Source: Gammaproteobacteria bacterium | GTDB taxonomy: Bacteria > Pseudomonadota > Gammaproteobacteria > Steroidobacterales > JABDLF01 | Assembly (NCBI GenBank): GCA_041565075.1 | Contig: JBFGOQ010000005.1 | Span: 3,135-67,134, forward strand | DNA: 64,000 bases | Direction of reading: 5' to 3' | Part shown: positions 45,964 to 54,217 of the stretch, piece by piece | Position numbering within the stretch: the first letter of the stretch is position 1 | How the letters are laid out: the number at the start of each line of letters is the position of its first letter | The notes under the pieces: model-generated | The model's database searches: none | Told to the model about the DNA's origin: nothing | Seen by the model: the letters and a program-made list of their open reading frames with translations, nothing else | Translations under genes and position numbers: made by a program

Positions 45964-48900
45964 TCATGCTGCTGCGGACGGCCCCCGCACCTCTTGTGCG
46001 GTAACCGTATTCACAGTGAAGCAGAAACTGCTGCCGGTACCGGGGCCACCCGATTCCACCCAGATCTCGCCGCCGTGATTCTCGATAATCCGACGTACCA
46101 GCGCCAGGCCAATGCCTGTGCCCGGCGTCTTGGCATCGAGTCGCTCAAACAGCCCGAATACTTTGTCATGGTGATTCTTATCAATGCCGATCCCATTGTC
46201 GCGCACATAAAACACGGGCACGTTATCCGCATTGCGTACGCCAATCTCGATTTTTGGGTACAGCTGATCGCCCATGAATCGAACCGCATTGCTAACCAGG
46301 TTGAGCAATACTTCTGTAAATCGAACCCTGTCCACGCAGACAACCGGGAGGTTTCGGGCCACGCGCACCTCGACGCCGCGATTCTCAATTTCACCGCGAG
46401 TCAGGCTCAGGACTTCATCAACAATCTCTTGCAGCGGCACCGCTGTCGGCTGGTTCATTGTCTTGCCTGCCCGGGAGAATTGTAAGAGTTCGTCCAGCAA
46501 CTGGTTCATAGTCGACGTTGCCGACTCAATTTTGTCGATGTCCGAGCGCATGCGATCCTCACGCTGGGCTATCTGATCCTGGCGTAGCAAGCCGAGGAAT
46601 CCCTGGATTGTTATCAGCGGGCTCTTGAGATCATGAGAGACCGTGTAGGTAAAGCGCTCCATCTCGGCGTTGCGCGACTCGAGTTCCATGATCAGTGCTT
46701 CGCGTTCACCCTCGATGAGATTACGCTTCGCAATCTGATCCAGCAGACGCGAATTGAGTGATTCCAATTTCAAATTCTGCGCCCTTATTGCACCGGTGCG
46801 GAAAAGGTGCAGCCCGGAGAGGAGCAGTACGACCAACATCAACAGCATTATTCTGAACCACCATTCCTGCCAGAAAGGTGGCTGAACAATCAAACCCAGA
46901 CTGACACCCTGCTCGTTCCAGAAACCGTCACTGTTGGCCGCCTTTACCTTGAAGACATATTCCCCCGGGGCCAGCGCCGCATAGCTTGCGCTGGCTATAT
47001 TGCCGGTCTCAACCCAGTCCTGGTCGACACCTTCGAGACGATATGCGTAGCGATTTTGCGCGGGGTTAGTGTAGTCCAGAGCAGCAAACTCAAAATGCAC
47101 AAATGCCTCATCATATGCCAGCGTTATCTGCCGATGTCCTGCCGTATTTTCCTGAGCCAGGAGGTTCTCACCGTTATCGAATCGAGTGACCGACGTAATC
47201 ACCACGTCCGGCGGCTTGGTATTTTCGTAAATTGCGCCAGGAAACAGGGAAACCATGCCGCGCAGGCCGCCGAAGAACAGCTCCCCATTGCTGGTCGCAT
47301 ATGCCGAGCCCGGCAAAAAGCCCAGGGTGAGCAGACCTTCGGATAAGCCAAACACGCGAGTCTCCCGGGTATCCGGATCAAAGCGGATCAGCCCGCGGCC
47401 GGACCCGAGCCACAAGCGCTCATCAGCACCTAAAAGTATGCTGCTGATGCGCGGTCCTAACTCGCCGCTGAGTCCGGTTATCCGCTCAAATTGTTCGCTG
47501 CTGCGGTCAAAAAGATTGAGGCCCCCGGCATCGGTCCCGATCCAGATGCGGCCTTGCCTGTCACGCGCCAGGCTGGTGATAAAATTACTGGACAAGGTCG
47601 TGTCATCCGTGGCGCTGTGCTGGTAGCGGTCAACGCGGCCCGTGGCGGGATCCAGCCGGCTGAGACCACCGCGCGCACCCACCCATAATCTGCCGTCGCT
47701 GTCCTGCAGCAAGGCGGTGATGTAATCATCGATCAGGCTATTCGCATTCGCTGGGTCGTGGCGGTAGTGCTCGAAGCTTATGCTGTCTTTCGCAAGTCTG
47801 CGCAAGCGGTCCAGGCCACTTTGTGTGCCGACCCAGACTGAACCATCGAAAGCTTCCAGCAGCGTGTTTACCTGGTTACTGCTAAGGCTATCCGGCTCGT
47901 TTGCTCGATTTACGAAGCGCCTGAATTCGCTGGCCGTCGATTCCGACTCCAGCAGATGCAAACCACCTGCATAGGTTCCTACCCAGAGCCGGTCTTGCCG
48001 GTCCACCAGGGTTGCACGTATACGCCCGTCCGCGAGGCCACCGGTCTGGGCCGGAGCAGGCCCATAGATTTCGAAATGGCCGCTAGACTGATCGAACCTG
48101 GCGAGACCACCGCCATCCGTTCCGACCCATATCACGTCGCCTGCCGGCATCGCCTTGCCCGATATACTCCGCACGGTGGTATGCGGCAATCCGTGCTCGA
48201 GGCCTGGCTCGTAACTATAATTCCTGAAGCCAGTCTGCCGCACCGGGAGCTTGTTTATTCCACCGCCACGTGTGCCAAACCAGAGCACGCCCCCGCGATC
48301 CTCATAGATCGCATCAATCCTTCGGAAGCTGATGCCCTCGCCGCTTTCCTCAGTCGAGTAATCAAAGTTTCGTAATAAACCCGTTTGCGGATCCAGGCGA
48401 TCGAGTCCCGAACTGTAAGTTGCTACCCACACAATCCCGGATGAATCGACAAAAACGCGAGCGATGGCATTTTCACTCAAGCTATTTTCGTCACCCGGTG
48501 AATAACGATATTCCGCCCAGTTGCCGGAACTCAGGTCCAGCCGCTTCAGCCCGTCACCTCGGGTAGCGACCCACAGGCCATTGCTGGCATCGATATCCAG
48601 CGATCGGATCCGGTCCTTGCCCGACGCCGGCTCGCCAGGAACCTGCACGCGCAAAAACTTGCCTGTTTCTGGCTGATAAAGGAACAGGCCAGCGTCCGTG
48701 CCAATCCAAAGACGTCCGTCTCCGGTTTCTTCCATTGCCTTGACGCTGTCACTGCCCAGGCTCTGAGGATCATCTGCATCGTGTGCGTAGTGTTCGAATC
48801 GTCCCTCCTTTGCAAGATAGCGATTCAAGCCACTGCGCTCGGTACCGATCCAGATATCGCCGTGGCTGTCCTCAAATACGAATTCCGTGTTCTTGCCACG

Positions 48901-49305
48901 AAAGCCGAGGGTATTCTCGGCGCCGGCACCAAAGTGCGTAAACACGCCAGACAGCGGATCGAAACGGTCGACACCGGCGCCCCAGGTCCCCAGCCACATC
49001 TGGCCTGCGCGGTCCTGCAAAATTGCGCCAAAATTGCCGGACGCCAAAGAGTTTTCGTTATCGACTTCGTGGCGATAAATTACGAAGTTTCTGCCATCGT
49101 AGCGATTCAGGCCGTCCTCGGTGCCAAACCACATAAAGCCTTGCTGGTCTTGCTGTATGGCATTCACAGCGCCATTGGACAGGCCGTCTTCAACACCGAT
49201 TCTGTCGAATCGGAATTCGGTGTATGGCCCCTTATGCGAGAAGCTGGCTGCTGGTACAAGCGCCAGGCAGAGCAATGACCCGATAATGAAGTGCCGCGGC
49301 ATCAA
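45964..49305 (-). CDS. sensor histidine kinase with a large periplasmic two-component-regulator propeller (Reg_prop / Y_Y_Y) region
   Basis: 1113 aa. It has many repeats of the type G.LW.GT..GL.R.D, one TM helix (WWFRIMLLMLVVLLLSGL), the H-box FTYTVSHDLKSPL and the ATPase G-box GTGIGLALVRRIIENHGG. No receiver domain. Confidence 0.85.
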   Translation of the reverse strand: MMPRHFIIGSLLCLALVPAASFSHKGPYTEFRFDRIGVEDGLSNGAVNAIQQDQQGFMWFGTEDGLNRYDGRNFVIYRHEVDNENSLASGNFGAILQDRAGQMWLGTWGAGVDRFDPLSGVFTHFGAGAENTLGFRGKNTEFVFEDSHGDIWIGTERSGLNRYLAKEGRFEHYAHDADDPQSLGSDSVKAMEETGDGRLWIGTDAGLFLYQPETGKFLRVQVPGEPASGKDRIRSLDIDASNGLWVATRGDGLKRLDLSSGNWAEYRYSPGDENSLSENAIARVFVDSSGIVWVATYSSGLDRLDPQTGLLRNFDYSTEESGEGISFRRIDAIYEDRGGVLWFGTRGGGINKLPVRQTGFRNYSYEPGLEHGLPHTTVRSISGKAMPAGDVIWVGTDGGGLARFDQSSGHFEIYGPAPAQTGGLADGRIRATLVDRQDRLWVGTYAGGLHLLESESTASEFRRFVNRANEPDSLSSNQVNTLLEAFDGSVWVGTQSGLDRLRRLAKDSISFEHYRHDPANANSLIDDYITALLQDSDGRLWVGARGGLSRLDPATGRVDRYQHSATDDTTLSSNFITSLARDRQGRIWIGTDAGGLNLFDRSSEQFERITGLSGELGPRISSILLGADERLWLGSGRGLIRFDPDTRETRVFGLSEGLLTLGFLPGSAYATSNGELFFGGLRGMVSLFPGAIYENTKPPDVVITSVTRFDNGENLLAQENTAGHRQITLAYDEAFVHFEFAALDYTNPAQNRYAYRLEGVDQDWVETGNIASASYAALAPGEYVFKVKAANSDGFWNEQGVSLGLIVQPPFWQEWWFRIMLLMLVVLLLSGLHLFRTGAIRAQNLKLESLNSRLLDQIAKRNLIEGEREALIMELESRNAEMERFTYTVSHDLKSPLITIQGFLGLLRQDQIAQREDRMRSDIDKIESATSTMNQLLDELLQFSRAGKTMNQPTAVPLQEIVDEVLSLTRGEIENRGVEVRVARNLPVVCVDRVRFTEVLLNLVSNAVRFMGDQLYPKIEIGVRNADNVPVFYVRDNGIGIDKNHHDKVFGLFERLDAKTPGTGIGLALVRRIIENHGGEIWVESGGPGTGSSFCFTVNTVTAQEVRGPSAAA

Positions 49306-49427
49306 TATTTCCTATGCGGGCGAGAACGCTTGAGCATATAGCGCATTACTCGCTGCCGGTGCTGCCATTTAACCGTCAGCAGCCGCTGCAGGCAAGAGCA
49401 GGACTGACAGAGTGACAAGCGCCAATC

Positions 49428-50240
49428 TCACGCGCCGCGGCTATTACCCGGGAAATCGAAAAGCTCGCGATCGGCCAGGTGAGAAGGCACCACGTGCTGC
49501 AAGCTGCGAAACAGGTTCCCGGTCCTGCCCGGCGACGCGCGTTCCCAGGCGGACAGCATGCGTTTGATTTCCTGGCGCTGAAGATTCGGCTGAGACCCGC
49601 ACAGATCGCAGGGGATAATCGGATAATTACGCGCCCGCGCAAATCGTGCGATTTGCGCCTCCGCGCAGTAGGCCAGAGGTCTGATTACCACATGCCGACC
49701 ATCATCGCTGGTGAGCCGGGGCGGCATGGCCTTGAGCCTCCCGCCATGAAACATATTGAGAAACAATGTTTCCACAATATCGTCGCGATGATGACCAAGG
49801 GCAATTTTGGTGGCGCCCGCTTGCTCGGCAAAATTATAAAGGGCACCGCGTCGCAACCTCGAACATAAGCCGCATGAGGTTTTGCCGTCGGGCACGACGC
49901 GACGCACGACACTGAAAGTATCCTGCTCGATAATCTGGTATTCAATGCCGAGCCCATCCAGCCATTCTGGCAAGACATGCGCAGGAAAGCCCGGCTGCTT
50001 CTGATCCAGGTTGACAGCCAGCAGATCGAACCCCACCGGCGCATTTCGCCTGAGGCTCATCAGCATGTCCAACATGACGTAGGAGTCCTTGCCACCCGAC
50101 ACGCATACCATGACGCGATCGCCTTCCTCGATCATGGAATAGTCGGCTACCGCCTTGCCTACCTTGCTGCGCAGGGCCGCTTCGAGCTTTTTTTCCGTTC
50201 CCGAGCGTGGTCTTGTCGGCGCGGATATGGTGACCTGCAT
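49428..50240 (-). CDS. ttcA: tRNA 2-thiocytidine(32) synthetase
   Basis: ORF 49428..50291. ATG at 50240 is preceded by GGGAGG. PP-loop VCVSGGKDS and the Fe-S cysteines [10 protein letters not shown] and CDLCGSQ. Confidence 0.9.
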   Translation of the reverse strand: MQVTISAPTRPRSGTEKKLEAALRSKVGKAVADYSMIEEGDRVMVCVSGGKDSYVMLDMLMSLRRNAPVGFDLLAVNLDQKQPGFPAHVLPEWLDGLGIEYQIIEQDTFSVVRRVVPDGKTSCGLCSRLRRGALYNFAEQAGATKIALGHHRDDIVETLFLNMFHGGRLKAMPPRLTSDDGRHVVIRPLAYCAEAQIARFARARNYPIIPCDLCGSQPNLQRQEIKRMLSAWERASPGRTGNLFRSLQHVVPSHLADRELFDFPGNSRGA

Positions 50241-50447
50241 GCTTTGCCTCCCGATTTCCGATCCTGGATTATACGGATGCCGGCACTGCATATAATAGGC
50301 GCGGGGAATATTGCCAAATGGGTATATTTAAGGGTAATTGATGGACGGCGACGGCCACAATGTGAGGCAGATCAAAGATTCAGGGGCTATCCGCCACTAT
50401 AGTTATTTGTCATATTCCGTAACTGGTCGGGGAGTGAGATACGCGAA

Positions 50448-50816
50448 ATGCCTCTGAGTATTGCTGAAATGCTCGCGAAAAAAGCCGCCAAGGTCCACGA
50501 GATCAAGCAGCGCGGCTATGTTTTCGTCTTTTTCGAGGGGCGCAAAATAGCCGAATATGCCATTAACAAGGAACGCGTAACCATCGGCCGGACCAAGAGC
50601 AATGACATCATGGTGCGCAGCAGCCGCGTCAGCCGCAAGCATGCGCAGATTATTACTGTGGAAACCGACCGTGTGGTCGAAGACTGCAACAGCATGAATG
50701 GCACTTATCTCAACGGTCAGCTCATCAAGTACCATCCGTTGCGGTCGGGGGATGTAATCAGAATTGGCGAGTTTGACCTGAAGTACGTCACGCGGGACGA
50801 AAGAGAAAAGTCCTAG
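50448..50816 (+). CDS. stand-alone FHA-domain protein
   Basis: 122-aa ORF with the FHA core VTIGRTKSNDIMVRSSRVSRKHAQI...NGTYLNGQ...GDVIRIGEFDL. Confidence 0.75.
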   Translation: MPLSIAEMLAKKAAKVHEIKQRGYVFVFFEGRKIAEYAINKERVTIGRTKSNDIMVRSSRVSRKHAQIITVETDRVVEDCNSMNGTYLNGQLIKYHPLRSGDVIRIGEFDLKYVTRDEREKS

Positions 50817-50849
50817 GGAAGGGTGGCCGCCACGCCAGCATCAGACGTG

Positions 50850-51119
50850 TCAGCCACTTTTGGCGAGATCATCTATTTCCCGCTTCAAATCGTAGTTTTT
50901 TGTTGTGACAATGCGCTCCAGAACCTGGATGCGCTTTTCCAGTTCGTCAATCTTCTTGATGTGTTCACCGACGGACGCAGGGTCCTCGCCCCAGGTGTCG
51001 TCGAGCCCCAGTTCATTCATGAAATTCGTGGCCTTTCCGCCGCCATCGAAATACGACTTCAGAACCCCCGCAATGCTCACAATCAACACTATCAGCACAA
51101 CCATCTTGAAGGGATCCAT
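50850..51119 (-). CDS. PspB-like small membrane protein (TM helix plus amphipathic helix)
   Basis: 89-aa ORF with a strong RBS (AGGAGG) and TM helix MVVLIVLIVSIAGVL. Its C-terminal IDELEKRIQVLERIV resembles the RIQALESIL helix of E. coli PspB as I recall it. It is the last gene of the psp string. Confidence 0.45.
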   Translation of the reverse strand: MDPFKMVVLIVLIVSIAGVLKSYFDGGGKATNFMNELGLDDTWGEDPASVGEHIKKIDELEKRIQVLERIVTTKNYDLKREIDDLAKSG

Positions 51120-51182
51120 TACTGCCTCCTCTCTTACTTGAACAATATATAACTGCGGGTCACCCGCACTCCGCCGGCAACG

Positions 51183-51584
51183 TCAGTCTTTCTCCAGGTC
51201 CTGAAATTCCTGGTCTAACTTGAAACGGGGTGAGGTCACATAGCGCTCCATACGCTCCAGCCGGGCCTCCATGTCACGGAACTTGTGACGTACGTTGGAA
51301 AACGTATTGGAGGGCGAACGCCTGACAGAGCGCCAGAATTTTTCGTCCTGCTGGTCACGATACAGCTGGCCCGGCTTGACCGGCAAAAGCAGACACATCG
51401 CCAGGTAAATAAAAAACACGATTGGGAAAAACAGGCAGCCTATGCAGGTCAGTATCCTGACCATCGTTACATCGAAACCAAAATAATCGGCCAGGCCCGC
51501 ACATACGCCGCAGATAGCCCCGCGCCCTTTGTCCCGGTAGAGGCGTCGTGGGCTGGCCTCGCCGTTGTAGTTTTCACTGGTCAT
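51183..51584 (-). CDS. pspC: envelope stress response membrane protein PspC
   Basis: PspC domain LYRDKGRGAICGVCAGLADYFGFDVTMVRIL, a TM helix and the C-terminal leucine-zipper-like ARLERMERYVTSPRF. ATGA overlap with the upstream gene. Confidence 0.8.
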   Translation of the reverse strand: MTSENYNGEASPRRLYRDKGRGAICGVCAGLADYFGFDVTMVRILTCIGCLFFPIVFFIYLAMCLLLPVKPGQLYRDQQDEKFWRSVRRSPSNTFSNVRHKFRDMEARLERMERYVTSPRFKLDQEFQDLEKD

Positions 51585-51901
51585 ACGCGCTGCTCCCGCT
51601 TGCGATATTCGCGCCTGCGCTGACGCCAGAAACGCATCTCGTCATGCCACGCCCGCGGGTCATCCGCCCCATAGTAACGCAGCGGCCGGTCTCTCAGCAG
51701 GAAACCCGCGGTGAAATAAACCAGCGCCGTAGGGATAAATGCGACCACCAGCATCACGAGGACGATCAGTCGCACCGTCAGCAGGTTCCAGTCGAAAAAC
51801 TCGGATATTCCTGCACACACGCCCATGATCAGCCCGCGCTCACGATCCCTGTACAGAAGCCGGGTACCACCAGCTGCATGCCGCCCTCTCGCCCTGCTCA
51901 T
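51581..51901 (-). CDS. second PspC-domain membrane protein
   Basis: LYRDRERGLIMGVCAGISEFFDWNLLTVRLIVLVML plus a TM helix. It lacks the PspC C-terminal zipper and has a basic tail. ATGA overlaps at both ends. Confidence 0.65.
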   Translation of the reverse strand: MSRARGRHAAGGTRLLYRDRERGLIMGVCAGISEFFDWNLLTVRLIVLVMLVVAFIPTALVYFTAGFLLRDRPLRYYGADDPRAWHDEMRFWRQRRREYRKREQRV

Positions 51902-52116
51902 ACCTTTTTCCTCCAGTCTTCCACGTGGTCATCGAGTATCGTCTCAAGCGCGTTGACGCGACTTTCCATACGCTGCGCGCTTTGCCAAAGATCTTCCAGC
52001 ATCTGCTCGTCCTCACTGGAAAGGCCCTTGGCCTCTTTCCACTTCGTGACGTAATGCAAGACGATGGCCAGCGGCGCCAGGATAGTCACCGCCAGGATTG
52101 CAATCACCTCACCCAT
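51898..52116 (-). CDS. pspB: envelope stress response membrane protein PspB
   Basis: 72-aa ORF: TM helix IAILAVTILAPLAIVLHY, then LSSEDEQMLEDLWQSAQRMESRVNALETILD, the typical PspB layout. Confidence 0.8.
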   Translation of the reverse strand: MGEVIAILAVTILAPLAIVLHYVTKWKEAKGLSSEDEQMLEDLWQSAQRMESRVNALETILDDHVEDWRKKV

Positions 52117-52166
52117 TTGTTGCTCCCGCCCTCAGCCAAGATTGCCAGTCAAATCCCGGGTGCCGC

Positions 52167-52850
52167 TCAGGATTGCGCCTTCTGCGCATCGCTGCCTGAG
52201 ATCCGCGCCTTCAATTCGGCCAATTCCTTCTCTACCGATTCCTCTGCTTCCAGGCTCGTAAACTGGGAGCCCAGGTCCTTTCTCAGGCCCAGATCGTAGG
52301 CTTCTACCCGGCTTTCAACGTCTTCCATTTTGCGCTCAAAGGCTTCGAAACGCATCAGGGCGTCGTCGATCTTGTTTTCATGCAATTGCTTGCGAATCTC
52401 CAGGCGACGAGAGGCCGTCTGGTGACGCATTAAAAGCGCTTTTTGCCGCGCCTTCGCATCGGCCAGCTTCTCTTCCAGGCGCGCGATGTCGTCGTTAAGC
52501 TGGCTGAGACCCTCGTCCACCTGCGTGTACTGGGCCTTTAAAGCTCCGGCGGTCTGATCGACCGCGGCCTTTTCAGCCAGCGCCGCCTTGGCCAGATCAT
52601 CACGGTTCTTGCGCACGGCCAACTCGGCCTTGGCGGCCCATTCGCTGGCCTCTTTCTCGATGGCCGCCAGCTTGCGGTTGAGTTCCTTCTTATCGGCGAT
52701 GGAGCGCGCTGCCGCCGAACGAACCTCGACCAGCGTGTCTTCCATTTCCTGGATCATCAGGCGAACGATCTTTTCGGGATCTTCTGCCTTTTCCAGGATC
52801 GCGTTCAAATTGGAATTAACGATATCGCTAAATCTTGAAAAAATTCCCAT
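52167..52850 (-). CDS. pspA: phage shock protein A
   Basis: ORF 52167..52940. ATG at 52850 gives MGIFSRFSDIVNSNLNAILEKAEDPEKIVRLMIQEMEDTL, the canonical PspA/IM30 N-terminus. 227 aa of coiled coil. Confidence 0.9.
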   Translation of the reverse strand: MGIFSRFSDIVNSNLNAILEKAEDPEKIVRLMIQEMEDTLVEVRSAAARSIADKKELNRKLAAIEKEASEWAAKAELAVRKNRDDLAKAALAEKAAVDQTAGALKAQYTQVDEGLSQLNDDIARLEEKLADAKARQKALLMRHQTASRRLEIRKQLHENKIDDALMRFEAFERKMEDVESRVEAYDLGLRKDLGSQFTSLEAEESVEKELAELKARISGSDAQKAQS

Positions 52851-52892
52851 TTCAGTGTCCTCGTACGGAATTTGTTGTGCATCCCATACGAA

Positions 52893-52908
52893 GCATGAAA
52901 CGTGCCAA
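52893..52908 (-). promoter_or_regulatory. sigma54 promoter of the psp operon
   Basis: The minus strand reads TGGCACGTTTCATGC, with GG and GC at the consensus -24/-12 spacing of TGGCACG-N4-TTGC. It lies 43 nt upstream of the pspA ATG and faces the divergent pspF. Confidence 0.8.
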
Positions 52909-53055
52909 CTGCTGGGAAAAACATTAAGCCCTTGAATCAAAACCGGTTTTTATTGGACATAAGGTCTCGCTGGGCACTTATTTTTTAGTAATTTTCACTA
53001 TTTATTCGTTTTTTTGGTTTATCATTAGCTAAAGTCGCTACTTTTAGGATTACCA

Positions 53056-54156
53056 GTGGCCGAACGTCAGGTAATTATCGGCGAGGCGCCCGCTTTTCTC
53101 GCCATGATGGAGCATGTCTCGCGTGCCGCGGTACTGCGCAAGCCTGTCCTGATCATCGGCGAGCGGGGCACGGGCAAAGAGCTGGTCGCTTCCCGGCTGC
53201 ATTTCCTGTCCGGCCGGTGGGAGCAGCCCTTCGTCAAGCTCAACTGCTCGGCACTGACGGAGTCCATACTCGAAAGCGAACTATTCGGCCACGAGGCCGG
53301 CGCTTTTACCGGCGCCAGCAAACGCCATGTAGGGCGCTTCGAGCGCGCCGACCAAGGCACCTTGTTCCTGGACGAACTGGCCACCATTCCGTCACGCATG
53401 CAGGAAAAAATCCTGCGCGTCATCGAGTATGGTGAGTTCGAGCGCGTCGGCGGCAGCGAGACCCTGGCCACCGATGTGCGCATTGTCGGCGCTACCAACG
53501 CCGACCTGCCGGCCCTTGCGCGCAAGGGGCAATTTCGCCACGACCTCCTGGACCGGCTCGCATTTGATGTCATCAACGTCCCACCTTTGCGGGCCCGGCG
53601 CGATGACATCATGCCGCTGGCCGAACATTTTGCCGTGAATGTCACCAGCGAGCTGGGGCGTGAGTTTTTTCCCGGTTTCGCCGATGCTGCACGAGACGAG
53701 CTGGTCGAGCGTGACTGGCCAGGTAATGTGCGCGCTCTGAAAAACGCGGTTGAGCGATCAGTCTATCGAAGCCAGGACCCCGACCAAGCCATAACCGAGA
53801 TTGTCTTCGATCCGTTCAAACTCCCGCTGGACTGGCTGCCCGACCTGGCCGCCGAGGTCGGGCTGACGGCACCGGCTGCAAAATCCGCGACCGACACCAG
53901 GGCAGCAGCACCTGCCCCAGCCGAAAAGGACGCCTCGCTGCCGCTGGACTTGAAGTCCCACCTGGGAGATGTCGAGCGTTCGTGGCTTGCCCGGGCAATG
54001 AAGAAATCCCGGTATAACCAGCGCAAAGCAGCGCAATTGCTGGGCCTGAGTTATCACCAGTTACGTGGCAGCCTGCGCAAACACGGTCTCATCAAGAAAT
54101 ACGGACGCCGCCGGGACAGCAGCGAGAACTTTGAGCTCGAGGCCGGGTCAGACTAA
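53056..54156 (+). CDS. pspF: sigma54-dependent transcriptional activator PspF
   Basis: GTG start. There is no receiver domain, and the AAA+ core begins at once (IIGEAPAFLAMMEHVSRAA). Walker A GERGTGKE, the GAFTGA loop and a C-terminal HTH QRKAAQLLGLSYHQLR. Confidence 0.85.
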   Translation: MAERQVIIGEAPAFLAMMEHVSRAAVLRKPVLIIGERGTGKELVASRLHFLSGRWEQPFVKLNCSALTESILESELFGHEAGAFTGASKRHVGRFERADQGTLFLDELATIPSRMQEKILRVIEYGEFERVGGSETLATDVRIVGATNADLPALARKGQFRHDLLDRLAFDVINVPPLRARRDDIMPLAEHFAVNVTSELGREFFPGFADAARDELVERDWPGNVRALKNAVERSVYRSQDPDQAITEIVFDPFKLPLDWLPDLAAEVGLTAPAAKSATDTRAAAPAPAEKDASLPLDLKSHLGDVERSWLARAMKKSRYNQRKAAQLLGLSYHQLRGSLRKHGLIKKYGRRRDSSENFELEAGSD

Positions 54157-54217
54157 ACTCCCTGTCCTGCCGAAACCTATAACAACCGGCATCTCTACCA
54201 AAATTGAGGACGCACCC

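Noticed and set aside
52909-53055. PspF upstream activating sites and an IHF site in the pspF-pspA intergenic region.
   Set aside because: The region is AT-rich with weak inverted repeats (for example TAGTAATTTTCACTA), but I cannot align them convincingly to known PspF or IHF sites by eye.
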